DNA from: Octopus bimaculoides
Lineage: Eukaryota
Direction: 5' to 3'
Assembly (NCBI RefSeq): GCF_001194135.2
Contig: NC_068996.1
Coordinates: 8,099,381-8,163,380 of the forward strand
DNA length: 64,000 nucleotides
A program made the translations under genes and the position numbers. Each line of letters begins with the position of its first letter. Positions within the stretch are counted from its first letter, which is position 1. The notes under the pieces were generated by a model. That model worked only from the letters and a program-made list of their open reading frames with translations. It made no database searches and had not been told where the DNA came from. Positions 37,986 to 50,389 of the stretch are shown here, piece by piece.

Positions 37986-39779
37986 TGGGTGTCATTTCTT
38001 TCTGAACAAGTTCACTGAATGCTGGTGAGGTTTAGCAAGGCCCACAATGTGAACTCTCCTTTCTTGCTCCCTTTCACATAGGTAAATTAGAGGAGAAAGA
38101 GAGAAAAACTGACAAGAATCAATTCCCCCCCACACACGCATACAACCATCACAAGTACTTGATTGATATTTTATTTATTGACACTTCCACCATCAGAGAT
38201 GAAAAATTACTTGGGTCACAGTGAGATTTGATTTCAGAGTTTAGAGGATTGGAACAAATACTGGAAGTATTTTGTCTGATGCTCTTGTGACTCTGCCAAT
38301 TCACAGCTTTACTTAGGTATTGGAAATTATCTACTATTTCCTCTAGAATATGTCGTTGTTGTTTAGTCGCAGTTCAATGATGATCAAGGATACCTATAAA
38401 TCAAAAGCTAAAACCTTTGATCAAAGTAAGCTGTGTTTTATTAAATGTAATTTCTCTGGCTACTATTTCCTACATGTCCTTTTCTTTAGAAAGCTGTTGT
38501 TATGTGATCTGCAAGAAATTTGGTTGATATTCCTAGCCAGTTAAGCAACCACTTAGAGGCTACCTGAACTAGTTAGCTCAACTTCCAAACTCACTGAAAT
38601 ACATACTTAAAAAGCAACTAAAACCTAAAGAAACTGGTTATGGTCTGCCTCAGCAAAAATTTGGTTAATAAATTTAGCAAAATTCGATTTTGTAAAAAAA
38701 TTGTTTTACTGCAGTGTAGCAGCAATAATAATTATGTATTCTGCAGTCGTGACTGTTATGTTTATCAAGAGTCAGGTGACCAGCAGAATTGGTAGAACAT
38801 TGGACAAAAAAGTTTGCAATGCATTGGATATATATCTCTTTGTATTCTCAATTCATATCCTATTGCACTCAACTTTACCTTTCACTAGCTCCAAGCTTTA
38901 GTATTATCTTTCATCCTGTCAGCGTTTTATAAAAGGAATTACAATTCAGGTTTATTTAATTGCGTATTTCCCCGCCCTCACCTTTGCAACATAAGCAGTA
39001 AAAAAAAAAAAAAAATGTTTGATCTCATGCCAATGTTAGAAATCATTATTAGAGTATGTGTAACTAAGAATGTCAATTTATTTTTATTATTGGCACTTTT
39101 GTTGCAGACATATTTACAAAAAAACATTGACTTAACAATGTGGCTCCCAAATTCTAAAACATTGCAGTTTTACAGAAAGTTATTGTGAGTTGTTCATGTC
39201 TTTTCGGACCTATTTACCACTAAGTAGACTGAAACATTTAAGTATGAAGTGCCTTGGCCAATACCCCATCAACATAATTCTGCTGACCATGTCATATTCA
39301 TGACTGGAGAATTGCAAGTTATCGTAACTGTTTAGTAATGAAGTAACATATTCATATTTATAGCAATGTGCATGCGTGCATCCGCATGCATACAGACACA
39401 CACACATACAGACACACGGACACACTAACACACTAACGATAGTGCAGTACTGCAGTAAAACAATTTAGAAGTAATTCTTTAAATCTTAAATTCACATTGA
39501 ATTCATTCACTGGAACAATTTATCTGACAGCATTTTTGTTCTTTGCAGCTGTGTTGGTTATGTACACTAGTGAGTCAGGGTAATATTTCACAGTATTTAC
39601 TTGCTTGGGCAGTAACTTGATGTGATGTTGCTAATGAAATGGTCAGATTATGGAAAAATCATGTTAGCTATTTCCAAAACACGCGCGTGCGCGCGCACAC
39701 ACACACACACGCACACACACACACAGAGCGTTATATTCACTTCAGTTTGGTATCATTAGTATCCATATACTATTTAACT

Positions 39780-40130
39780 GGCATGGTTGTCCGGTAAGAA
39801 GTTTGCTTCCCAACCACATGGTTGAGGGTTCAGTCCCACTGCATGACACCTTGGGCAAGTGTCTTCTACTATAACCAAAAGCTGACAAACCCTTGCGAGT
39901 GGATTTGATAGATGGAAACTGTGAGAAGTCTGTCATTTGTTTAGATATATGTACATATCTGTGCGTGTCTTTGTGTATGTGCCTGTCCCCCATCACTGCT
40001 AGACAAGCAGTGTTGGTTTGTTTACGCCCCTGTAACTTAGTGACTCTGCAAAAGTGAATGATAGAGTAAGTACCAGGCATAAAAAAATAAGGTCTGAGCT
40101 TGATTTGTTCAACTAAAATGCTTCAAAATG
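39780..40130 (+). mobile_element. Diverged SINE A
   Basis: GGTAAGAAGTTTGCTTCCCAACCACATGG..GGGTTCAGTCCCACTG.. and recognisable 3' half. Confidence 0.8.
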
Positions 40131-40873
40131 CAGCATTGATGCAGTCCAATAACTGAAGCATTTAAAAAGAAAAACTATTAAATAAAAGTTTCATTACAGT
40201 TTTGTAAGCTGGTCTCTGAAACAACCCTGTTAAAAGCAGTAAAACTGATCCATTGACCAGGTTGCAGCAGAAGTGTGACGAAATTTTGTGTGGTATGTGA
40301 TAATTTTCAGAATAATATGTTTTATGTAAATGATAAAAAAAAAGAAGATAAAAACATCAAATATAATGTCTTTCGTATTCTGCTGGAAAAAAGGGTCTTT
40401 AAATGCCTGTTTCCAAATTGAAGCTAACTGAAAAATCTGGGTAGATTTAACAGATGTTCATTTAATTAGTTTTATGTTAATTTTTCCATTTGGCATTGGT
40501 TAGATGAGATTCATTGAGGCAGATTTTCTTCTACTGGATGCCCCCCACCCTATTTTTTGTAGCTAACTCTTAACCTATTTTCCTTTATTTTTCTTTTTCC
40601 TTGATTGTCACACATCAAAAGCTGAATGAAGATTATAAAACAAATGTATCTCTCTCTCTCTCTCTCTCTCTCCCTCTCTCCCTCTCTCTCTCTCATGCAC
40701 ATACATGCACACACAGAGGCTTCATCTCAGTTTTAGTCATCAAGCATCAGTTGATCTGATGCAAGAGTAGAAGATACTTCCTTAAATTGTTGCACAAGAG
40801 GACTGAAGTGAACTTGCAAAACAGCTGGTTGTGAAACATTTCATAATAGCGCAACTATGCTTGTGTTCCAGAA

Positions 40874-41019
40874 CAGGCATGGGCAACCTTTTCCAAGAAG
40901 TGGGCCACAAAAGACACTGTTCATCATCAAGCAGGCTGCACTACTAAAAATATTCAAGATAATTTTTCATTAGGTGTGCCATTCAGGAAGACCCATGGGC
41001 TTCTGTTTACCCATGACTA
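40874..41019. mobile_element. hAT-type MITE
   Basis: Ends CAGGCATGGGCAAC / GTTTACCCATGACTA (degenerate TIRs). 8-bp flanks TTCCAGAA (40866-40873) and GTCCAGAA (41020-41027) match 7/8, the hAT TSD length. Confidence 0.7.
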
Positions 41020-41641
41020 GTCCAGAATGTAGCTCAAGCAACTCCAAATATTTTGGTACTGTGGAGGGTCCTATTACAAATACTACAGTTGTTGCTTTGT
41101 ACTCACCTTTCCACTTAATGGAATCTTTTTACCTGTTACATGTCTCTATTTGATTAGCCAATATCTTAAATGTCCATCTCTCTCTCTGTTACTGTCTTTC
41201 CTTTTTTCAATTCATTTCTGCTCCTGGCTTGCTTCACATTATGGAAGTGTTTAGTGATTCTGTAATGTGGAATTCCATAACAAGAAAAAAATATTTACCT
41301 ATTACAGAATTCCACATTATAGCAAGATTTTCAGGAATGCAAATGGAAGTTAATGTGAAAATAGGTTTTGTGCTAAGAAATTCCCTGTTACAGAGAGATT
41401 TAGAAGAATACAACACTTCTGCAATGCAGAGGATATATGAATTAATTATCACTATACATCTAGCATGTAAGAATTTTTTCTTCTTCTTAAATCGACCAGA
41501 ACTCTCACTGCTGTTGGAATTGGACACTATTATCACTGGAAGGCTGTTCTAGAATTGCTGCTATTTGTTGATTTTTTTCTTTCTTTTATTGATTTGATAT
41601 TAAAAAAAAAAAAGTTCTAACATCTGTTGAACAGTCCATAG

Positions 41642-41811
41642 GCATAGGAGTGGCTGTGTGGTAAGTAGCTTGCTTATGAACCACATGGTTCCGGGTTCAG
41701 TCCCACTGTGTGGCACCTTGGGCAAGTGTCTTCTACTATAGCCTTGGGCCGACCAAAGCCTTGTGAGTGGATTTGGTAGACGGAAACTGAAAGAAGCCCG
41801 TCGTATATATG

Positions 41812-41844
<33 letters not shown>

Positions 41845-42221
41845 NNNNNNNNNNNNNNNNNNNNNNNNNNNNNNNNNNNNNNNNNNNNNNNNNNNNNNNN
41901 NNNNNNNNNNNNNNNNNNNNNNNNNNNNNNNNNNNNNNNNNNNNNNNNNNNNNNNNNNNNNNNNNNNNNNNNNNNNNNNNNNNNNNNTGTTTGTGTGTGT
42001 GTGTGTGTATGTTTGTGTGTGTGTGTGTGTATGTTTGTGTGTCTGTGTTTGTCCCCCAACATCGCTTGACAACTGATGCTGGTGTGTTTATGTCCCTGTA
42101 ACTTAGAGATCAATAGAATAAGTACTAGGCTTACAAAGAATAAGTCCTGGGGTCGATTTGTTCGACTAAAGGTGGTGCTCCAGCATGGCCGCAGTCAAAT
42201 GACTGAAACAAGTAAAAGAGT
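41642..42221 (+). mobile_element. Full-length SINE A with an N-gap inside its internal microsatellite
   Basis: GCATAGGAGTGGCTGTGTGG head, (TG)n-N-(TG)n, tail GAAACAAGTAAAAGAG. Confidence 0.92.
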
Positions 42222-43517
42222 CCTGCCAAATTTTATATTTCCAAATGATTTAATTGGAGATTGTCTTTGCCACACAACTATTTTTCAGTTGTATCTTTTT
42301 TTTTTTGTTTATTTTGTATCTGAAAGAAAGCATGCTAAATAATGTAAAGTAATTTCAGCTTCCGCCCTTTATATAACTAGTAAGCATAAGGCTAGTTTAT
42401 TTTTGTCCTTAATGCATACCTAGTGCAAAATCCGTATGATTCTTCTGTCACTATATCAACAAGAACATTGAAGCTTATGCTTTGCTGATAAGGTCATAAT
42501 AAAACTAAAACATGTTTAGAATCATCTCCCATTTTTATCAAAAATCATTTTCTTACAGCATAATTAATTCTTGTTAGATATTTAATGAACTGTACCTTAA
42601 ATATTTTAAATTTTAACTTAATTAATTATAGATTTTTTTTAGTAACTGTAGAGTCCAAAGAAATGAGTAATGGTCTTGTGTTGGTGACTTGTCATTTCCA
42701 ATATGTGCATAAGATCAACAATTTTGAGTTGGCAGGGAGTAAACTGATTATGTTGATCCTCAATATTTGATTGATACTTTATTTTATTGATCCCTGAGAG
42801 ATGAAAGACAAAGTTAGTTTTGGTGGGATTTGAACTCAGAGTGTAGAGAACCAGAATAAATGCTGCAAGGAAATTTTTCAAATGCTTTCCTGCTTCTGCC
42901 AACATACTGCCTTTGTGTTTGCACATAATAAATACAAAGAGTTGAAACGGTGGAATAAATATTATTTCAGTTAATAAAAAATAGAAATAAATAAATAAAT
43001 AAAATTAAAAAAAAAAATTAAAAAAATGAACAAACAAAAAATGATACTTTTAAAAGCTATTTACCAGTTATATATCTCTGGTCAGTTGACCTGCTAAAAA
43101 TAAGAGTTACATCACTTAAATCTCCATTACTCAACTATCTGATTTAAACACAGATATATTAAGCAGTGTTGTCTCTGACAGTAAAAAAAAAAAAAAAGGC
43201 AGGATGGTCACAACAAGAACACCTGGATCAGGGCTAAACAAGTGCTAAGCTGTCAATTGTTATATGTAACAGGAAACACTTAAATTTATCTTTGTATGCA
43301 GCAGGACTTTTCTAGAGTCATTTTGATCTCAGCTGTTCAACTTCAACACACACTGTCAACAATGCTTTCCTTCACTAACACTTTAATCGTGTATCTTTAT
43401 ATATATAAATAGTGATTAACCCTCCCTACCAGGCCCACTCTCATTGAACAGTCCTATGATCAGAAAACGTCCCACTGTGATATCAATACCGTTTTGTATA
43501 TTGTCCAAGTGTGTTCT

Positions 43518-44355
43518 TCATCATCATCATCATCATCATCGTTGAACGTCCGTTTTCCATGCTAGCATGGGTTGGATGGATCGACTGGGGTCTGGGAAGC
43601 CAGGAGGCTGCACCAGGCTCCAGTCTGATCTGGCAGTGTTTCTACAGCTGGATGCCCTTCCTAACGCCAACCACTTTGTGAGTGTAGTGGGTGCTTTTTA
43701 CATGCCACCGGCACAGTTCCATCTTTCAAATTCTTTAAAGGACAGTAGTGTTCTTTTAAGTTTGGAATGAAAATTTGGCTGTTATTTCTAGCAGGTTGTG
43801 TTGCCTTGTTATCTAATACTGAAGTCACTGGCTAACAGTAACAACTATTTCTCTTTCACAATCATTTTTCTATTTGCACAAAATGGCTATTTGAGATACT
43901 TAAGTCTAAATTTCAATAATAAACACTTTTTTTTTTTACTTGTTTTAACCACTGGACATGTTGGGGCAATGCCTTGCAGAGTCTAGTCGAATGAATCAGC
44001 CCCAGTACTTATTTTTTTAAACACGTTACTTACTCTATCAGCCACTTTTGCTGAACCTCTAAGTTATGGGGACAAACAAACCAACACAGGTTGTCAAACG
44101 GTGGTGGGGTTAGAAACAGACACAAAGACACATATATTTACACATGTCTGTGTGCATGCATACACACACACACACACACACACACACATTATGAGCTTCT
44201 TTCAGTTTCCTTCAACCAAATCCACTCACAAGGCTTAGGTTGGCCTGGGCTATAAGTAGAAGACACTTGCTTAAAGTGCTGTGCAATGGGACTTGAACGC
44301 CAGGCACGATTGGGATACAAGTTTCCTAACCACACTGCCACACCTGTGCCTGTGC
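43518..44355 (-). mobile_element. Family C (43518-43715) and SINE A (43950-44355)
   Basis: Diagnostic C and A motifs in reverse orientation. Confidence 0.8.
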
Positions 44356-44439
44356 GATACCTCTACAATTCCTCTAAGTTTGCACATGATTAGCTGAGCT
44401 CTTCCATATGTTTATGTGGATGAAGCAAGTCATATGAAT

Positions 44440-45460
44440 TCACCATTGCACTTGACTGTCACTTTATTTTATTAACCCCCAAAAGAATGAAGGGCCTTAG
44501 GGAGATTTGAACTCAGAGCAGAAAAAAAGATAGATGAAATGCAGCTGGGCATTTTGTCCTCTGTGCTAACAATTCCACCAGTTTGCTTCCTTAATGATAA
44601 TGATGATGAATACAACGATGATGATGATGATGATGATGATAATGATGATTCTTTCTAATTTTGGCACAAGGTCAGCAGTTTTGGGGGAGGCAGTAAGTTG
44701 ATGACATCATCCCCATTACTCAACTGGTACTTATTTTATCGACCCCCCCCCCCAAAAAAAGCTGAAAGGCAAAGTTGACTTCAGTGGAATTTAAACTCAG
44801 AACTTACAGACGGATGAAATGCCACTAAGCTATTTTTCCAGAGTGCTAACAATTCTACCGGCTTGGTGCTGTAATAATATTAATAATAATAATAATGATA
44901 ATAATAATCCTTTCTACTATAGGCACAAGGCCTGGAATTTTTGGGGAGGGGACTGACTAGTTGATTACATTGACCCAGTGTTTCACTGGTACTTAATTTA
45001 TTGACCCCCGAAAGGATGAAAGGCAAAGTTGACCTCAGTGGAATTTGAACTCAGAACCTAGCGACAGGCGAAAAACTGTTAAGAATTTTGTCCAGCATGC
45101 TCACGATTCTGCCAGTTTTCAGTCCTCCTCTTCCTCCTCCTCCTCCTCCTCCTCCTCCTACTACTACTACTTTCAAGTTTTGGCATCAGGTCTACAATTT
45201 TAGGGAAGAGGTGATTAGCTGATTACAGCAATCCAATACATGAGTAGTATTTTATTTCATTGACCCCAGAGAGATGGAAGGTAATGTCGACCTTGGTGAA
45301 TAATAATAATAATGGTTTCTAATTTAGGCACAAGGCCAGCAATTTCTGAGTGGAGGGGCTTAGATAATTACATTGACCTCAGTCCTTAACTAGTATTTTA
45401 ATTTATTGGTCCCAGAGGGATGGGAAGCAATATTGACTTTGATGATACTTGTCAGAAATG
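44440..45460 (-). mobile_element. Head-to-tail cluster of about five SINE-B-type copies separated by (GAT)n, (AAT)n and (CCT)n
   Basis: GAAAGGCAAAGTTGAC(C/T)TCAGTGGAATTT(G/A)AACTCAG near 44765 and 45017, plus decayed equivalents near 44490, 45270 and 45420. Confidence 0.8.
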
Positions 45461-45949
45461 GGATGGGCAAGAGGACAATGAAACAATTAACAGACATGGT
45501 GGGAATCTGTATTTAATTAACCATGTGAAAAAAAATTAAAAAAATGAAAAACAGCAGGTGTGGAAAACTACAATAGACAAAAAGAATGAAATACAATCTC
45601 TTAATAGGGAGTTCATATTTCAGTCATTTCAAGCCAATTCAGGAACCCCCACATACTTGGGATTATTTGGACTACAAAGGGCTAGGTTGGCAGAACTATA
45701 ACAAAGTAACAATAACAAAAAAAAAAAAAAAAATTGGATACCTCTGTTCCTACTGTACTTAGTTACTACGACCCTTTATGTTTTAAGTTCAAACATATTG
45801 AGTAGTAGTCCCCAGCCATTTTTGCATCATAGACTAATTCCATGCAAGACAATTTTTTTTCAATGGACTGGGGGAATCACATGCATAACAAAACACAATA
45901 GAGTGCATAACATATAATCTAATAATATACACATATATTACATATCTTT

Positions 45950-46320
45950 TAATCTAAACATCCATTTTTCATTCTTGGCATGGGTCAAACGGTTTGACTG
46001 GAGCTGGTCAGCAGGACAGCTGCACTAGGCTCTGATTGTTTTGGTATGATTTCTACAGCTGGATGCTCTTCCTGATGCCAGCCACTTTACAAAGTGCACT
46101 GGATGCTTTTTATGTGGCACCATCACAGGTGCATTTTATATGTGGAACCAACATTAGTGATTACTATGAGGCACGGACATGAGTGCTCTCTGTGTGGTAG
46201 TGGTACAGGTGCTTTCTGCATGGCACTGACATTGATTGGTTTTCATGTGGGACCAGCACAGGTGCTTTTTATGTGACACTGGCATGGATGCTTTTTACGT
46301 GTCACTGGCATGGGTAACCA
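45950..46320 (-). mobile_element. Family C copy with decayed ~27-bp tandem subrepeats
   Basis: CTACAGCTGGATGCTCTTCCTGATGCCAGCCAC followed by repeated GTG(G/A)CAC..GCA..GGTGCTTTT(T)A units. Confidence 0.7.
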
Positions 46321-48049
46321 CCCTACAGACAATGACAGTCAATAAAATATTAAAATTTATTCTTTCTCCACAGCCCAGTATCAAATAATTCACAACTTTG
46401 TGATTAGGGACCCCTGTTGTTGAGTATAACTTTGCTAGCCAACCTTTCAAGATTGATAAAATAAATACATTTAAATGTTGGGGAAAGGGTAAAGTCAATT
46501 GAAAAATTCACCTAGGACATGACTGGTTGTAATCAGATGAGGGGATCTCCTCAAAAGCTGACGACACCTGCTACTGGTACCATGTAAACCAGTATCACCT
46601 GTTCCATGGTTGGGTGATCGGCAACCAAATCAGCTCTCTCACTTGAGTAGCATGCTATTCTTGTGAGGAGCGTGTCTGGACCACCAAGCAGAACTAAAAA
46701 CAAGACCTGTTGAAGGATGGATGAGCTCCTTGTGAGCCAACGGCCATCCAGTTGGGGAAGACAATGACAAACCACCCCAATATCTTTCGAGAAAACACTA
46801 TGAGAAAAGTCAGAACGAAGTAATGTTATGGCTTCATCCGATGGAAGAACTTGCACTTAATTGGAAAGACTTCTATTGTAGGGTCATCAACACACTGCGA
46901 GAGCATATAATACATGATGACAATGATGACATGACTGGTACTTATTCCATTACTCTTGTCAGAATCAAAAGTAAAGGTGACTGCGGTAAGGTTTGAACTC
47001 AGAACACGAAGAAAGGAGGTTATTTACTTCATAAAGTTTTCATCTGATGTTTTGTTTCTACCATTCTATCATGTGTTTAGTTGTTGTCATTGATGATTAA
47101 CCACCATAACTTTTTAAATGTAAAACATACTTTATTGTTATGCTGACAAGATGTCATTACAAGTGGGATTTGGCTGCTCTTTCTAGTGGGCCAAAACAAT
47201 CAGAGGTTTGTTTGTTAGCTTGATGTATTTGGTGTTATTTTAAAAGAATTGACAAAGAACAATTTCAGGTCTATTAATAATTCTCATTAAGAGACACACC
47301 AATTAAGTATAGACAGTCTGAATGATATGAATATTAGATATGTTGCAAATTATGGTACATACACCTCTTGTCTCTCTTTTGTCATTAACCTTGATTTGAT
47401 GGAGCACTACCTTAAAGTGTTTTAGCTGAACAAATCAACTCCAGTAATTATTTTCAAATCTGGTATTTATTTTATCTTTCTCTTTTACTGAATTGCTAAG
47501 TCATAGGGACATAAACAACCTGACATGAAATTATGAAAAGTTAAAAGACCCATTTCAAGTATGAGTATCTAAAAGGAAACAAAGGAATGAAAAAACACAA
47601 AAAAAAAAACAAAAAAACATGGCAAGTAAATGGATTCTTTGTCATTTTCAATGATGAATAGTAGAGTTTAATTTAACAAGCAGAAAGTTCAGTTTATTAT
47701 TGTGTAATTAAGCTAAATATTTCATGCAAGAACACTGTGTGACCAGGCTGGCCTTTGCTTTACAGTTACAGTTCATCTGGTAGGCTTCAACACAACTTCT
47801 TGGTTGCTTAATTTCACTACAAAGCTTAACTTGGTCTGATACCTAAAGATTTAAAAAAACACTTGCCCTAGATACCATGCAGCTGGATTGAACTTAAGAT
47901 ACCATAGTTGCGAAGTGAACTTCTAAATTACTCTGCCAGTAACTACGTCATGCTTCTCCAAAGTATTTATAGTTTTTGTCTTATAGTAAATGACAAGTTT
48001 GTTTTAATTAACTGTTCACGAATAAATAAATAAATAAAAACCTACTTCA

Positions 48050-48325
48050 GTCATGAATGACTATGGGGTTGTACCTAGAAAGTTCCCCTCCAAGGTACAA
48101 GTTCGGGCAAGGTTGTTTATGGAAGACCAGCAGTTGGCCATGCATACCAGCCTCCTCTCTCCAGGTCACCGATGTTATCCAAGGGAAAGATAAAGGATGA
48201 TTCAGTTGAGTGAACTGGAGCAATAAAGTGTCTTGTTCAAGAATGACAACACACAGTCCGGTCTGGAAATCGAACTCACTACTTCATGGTTGTGAGCCCA
48301 GTGCTCTAACCACTGAATGATGAAC
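48050..48325 (-). mobile_element. SINE family D
   Basis: GGCAAGGTTGTTTATGGAAGACCAGCAG..GAGCAATAAAGTGTCTTGTTCAAG..GGAAATCGAACTCAC. Confidence 0.82.
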
Positions 48326-48344
48326 CTTTTTCTTCTTAGTCCTT

Positions 48345-48460
48345 TTAACTTTTAGCACACTGTAGATGCATCATGTCACCATATGAATTTTCTCGCCTGT
48401 AGTAACAGGACAGTAGCAGGGGAAACAACACCAGAGAAAAGGCAGTGTGCGAAAGGTTAA
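48345..48460. mobile_element. 116-bp TTAA-flanked MITE (second piggyBac-type family)
   Basis: TTAACTTTTAGCACACTG versus reverse complement of CAGTGTGCGAAAGGTTAA: 16/18 match. Confidence 0.7.
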
Positions 48461-48654
48461 CCATTTTGAGATCAAACTGCCTTGGATTTCTGAGTTTTCC
48501 AATATACAATCATTCACTTAAAAGTGTTTAAATATAAACATACTATCGCAAATTTATGATAATGTGTATAAATTAAGTTCAAATGTCAGCAACTTAGTAA
48601 TGGAAGAAGTTATTTCATGAAACATCTCTAAATTCTTTATTTGATAATATTAAT

Positions 48655-48902
48655 TCCACCACATGGACAGACAGGTGCCACGCAAAAAGTGCCTGTACTG
48701 GTACCACATAAATAACACGTGTTGGTGCTATGTAAAAAGCACCCAGTACACTCTGTAAAGTGGTTGGTGTTAGGAAGGGTATCCGGCTGTAGCAATCTTG
48801 CCAAAACAGACAACTGGAGCCAAGTGCTGCTCTCCAGCTTGCCAGCCCCTGTCCAACTCATGCCAGCATGGAAAACGGATGTTAAATGATGATGATGATG
48901 AT
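48655..48902 (+). mobile_element. Family C copy in + orientation
   Basis: GGTTGGTGTTAGGAAGGGTATCCGGCTGTAG..GCATGGAAAACGGATGTTAAATGATGATGATG. Confidence 0.85.
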
Positions 48903-49284
48903 ACACTCAGTATATGCAACTGAAGGAGCATTGCATTAAAATAATCATCTGTGTGTCTTAATGTATATACACAATTGATTAACAAGACACTGGCTTTCAC
49001 CTGAGATAGAAACCTCTTACAGAAGTGTTGTGTTAAAAACACAATGTATATATTGAGAGAGGGAGATGAAAAATCTCAACATGTGAGAACCTCAATATAT
49101 AAATTGTGTATTTAACACAGTGTGTCTATGAAGAAATTTTGAACAAAATGTCCATGCTATCTTGCCTGTCAGTGATGCCTATACATTGAGCATGATACAT
49201 AGATGGCTATTTAAATATATATGTTTATGTATGTGTAGTATGTATGTATAAGTATTTAAGTGGTGTATGTGGATCAATACTTAC

Positions 49285-49330
49285 CAGTATGGTGTTGCAC
49301 AGACGAGCAATAAATCACACGATTAGCGAT
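49285..49330 (-). other. Candidate 46-nt exon (IANRVIYCSSVQHHT, phase 0-1, or non-coding)
   Basis: Acceptor tgttttgtttgtttcaacaag|, donor CTG|gtaagt. CpG-retaining sequence with no other copy noticed in the window. Protein not recognised. Confidence 0.3.
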
Positions 49331-49941
49331 CTTGTTGAAACAAACAAAACACTTTCAGTGGATTTGACCTCATAATTTTGGAGCAGATAGTCTAACATTC
49401 TGTACACTTTACAAGAGTATTTACATATGAACCATAATTCACATATTCACCACACAGTAATTAATATCAATAAAGACAATCATGAGTGTCAAATATTGCT
49501 GTGTAACTTTACTTACTTTTAATTGATCCAGTAATAAAACTGAAAATTGGTATTACAGCTGTTGCTAACCTTAATTGTCTTCTCTATTAATAAGAAAAAA
49601 AAAACCTTTTTACTCACAAGCCCATTTATAAAATTTTTTCATTTGTTTATTATTATGACAATCTAACATCTATGTGTTCTCTGCAGTTCCATGTACAAAT
49701 AGTCCATAACGGATATGGTTACAGGACCTTTTGTTAGTATACCCATTAAACTGAATGGTTTTCCCACTATCTGATGCAATTCAAATGCGGCAAGCAATTA
49801 CTTGCTAGAGCAAGCAATTATTTGTCAGGAATTTCAACTCCTTGACCCCATTGTATCATTGAGCAGCCTCTGGTTCTAGTTAAACTACAATTTGTTTTCT
49901 GTTTTGAGCAAATTCCAGTTGTTTCTGGGTTTCTGCCTCAG

Positions 49942-49981
49942 GATTCAATTTGTTATAACTTCATTAATGTGCATGTGGTGG
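49942..49981 (+). other. Candidate exon; paralogue at 52011
   Basis: ttctgcctcag|GATTCAATTTGTTATAA...GTGG|gtaagt. Confidence 0.3.
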
Positions 49982-50261
49982 GTAAGTATGCATATGCGTA
50001 TGCATGTATATCTGTTTCCCTCCCTCCTTTTTTTTTAATAAAATTATAATTTAATGTTTGTTATTTTTGCATCTAATCCAATAAATAAATCATTCTACTT
50101 ATTGATGCCATAAAAGTGTCAGTTGTGTTCCGTTGAAAATTATGAAAGGAGATTTCATGATGAGTTTCAGATTAAGAGAGACATCCGGTTCCAAGTTCAT
50201 AATAAATGCTTTCTAAATGAGAGAAGTTTCTTCATTGGTCAGTAATTTAGAATTTAAGGTC

Positions 50262-50389
50262 ATCTCTATAGATTTTCTACAGAAATTATAGCCAGCACTG
50301 ATTTTGTTACATTGTTTCATATCCAAGACGCCTGATGTAAACAACAAAATCAGTGCTGGATATAATTTCTATAGAAAATCTGCAGAGAT
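50262..50389. repeat. Long inverted repeat, 47-bp arms
   Basis: 50262-50308 versus reverse complement of 50343-50389: 4 mismatches in 47 bp. Confidence 0.92.

Noticed and set aside
46520-46900. GC-richer segment with a 101-aa minus ORF
   Set aside because: Probably a LINE untranslated or 5' fragment, but I could not assign it; the ORF has no recognisable motif.
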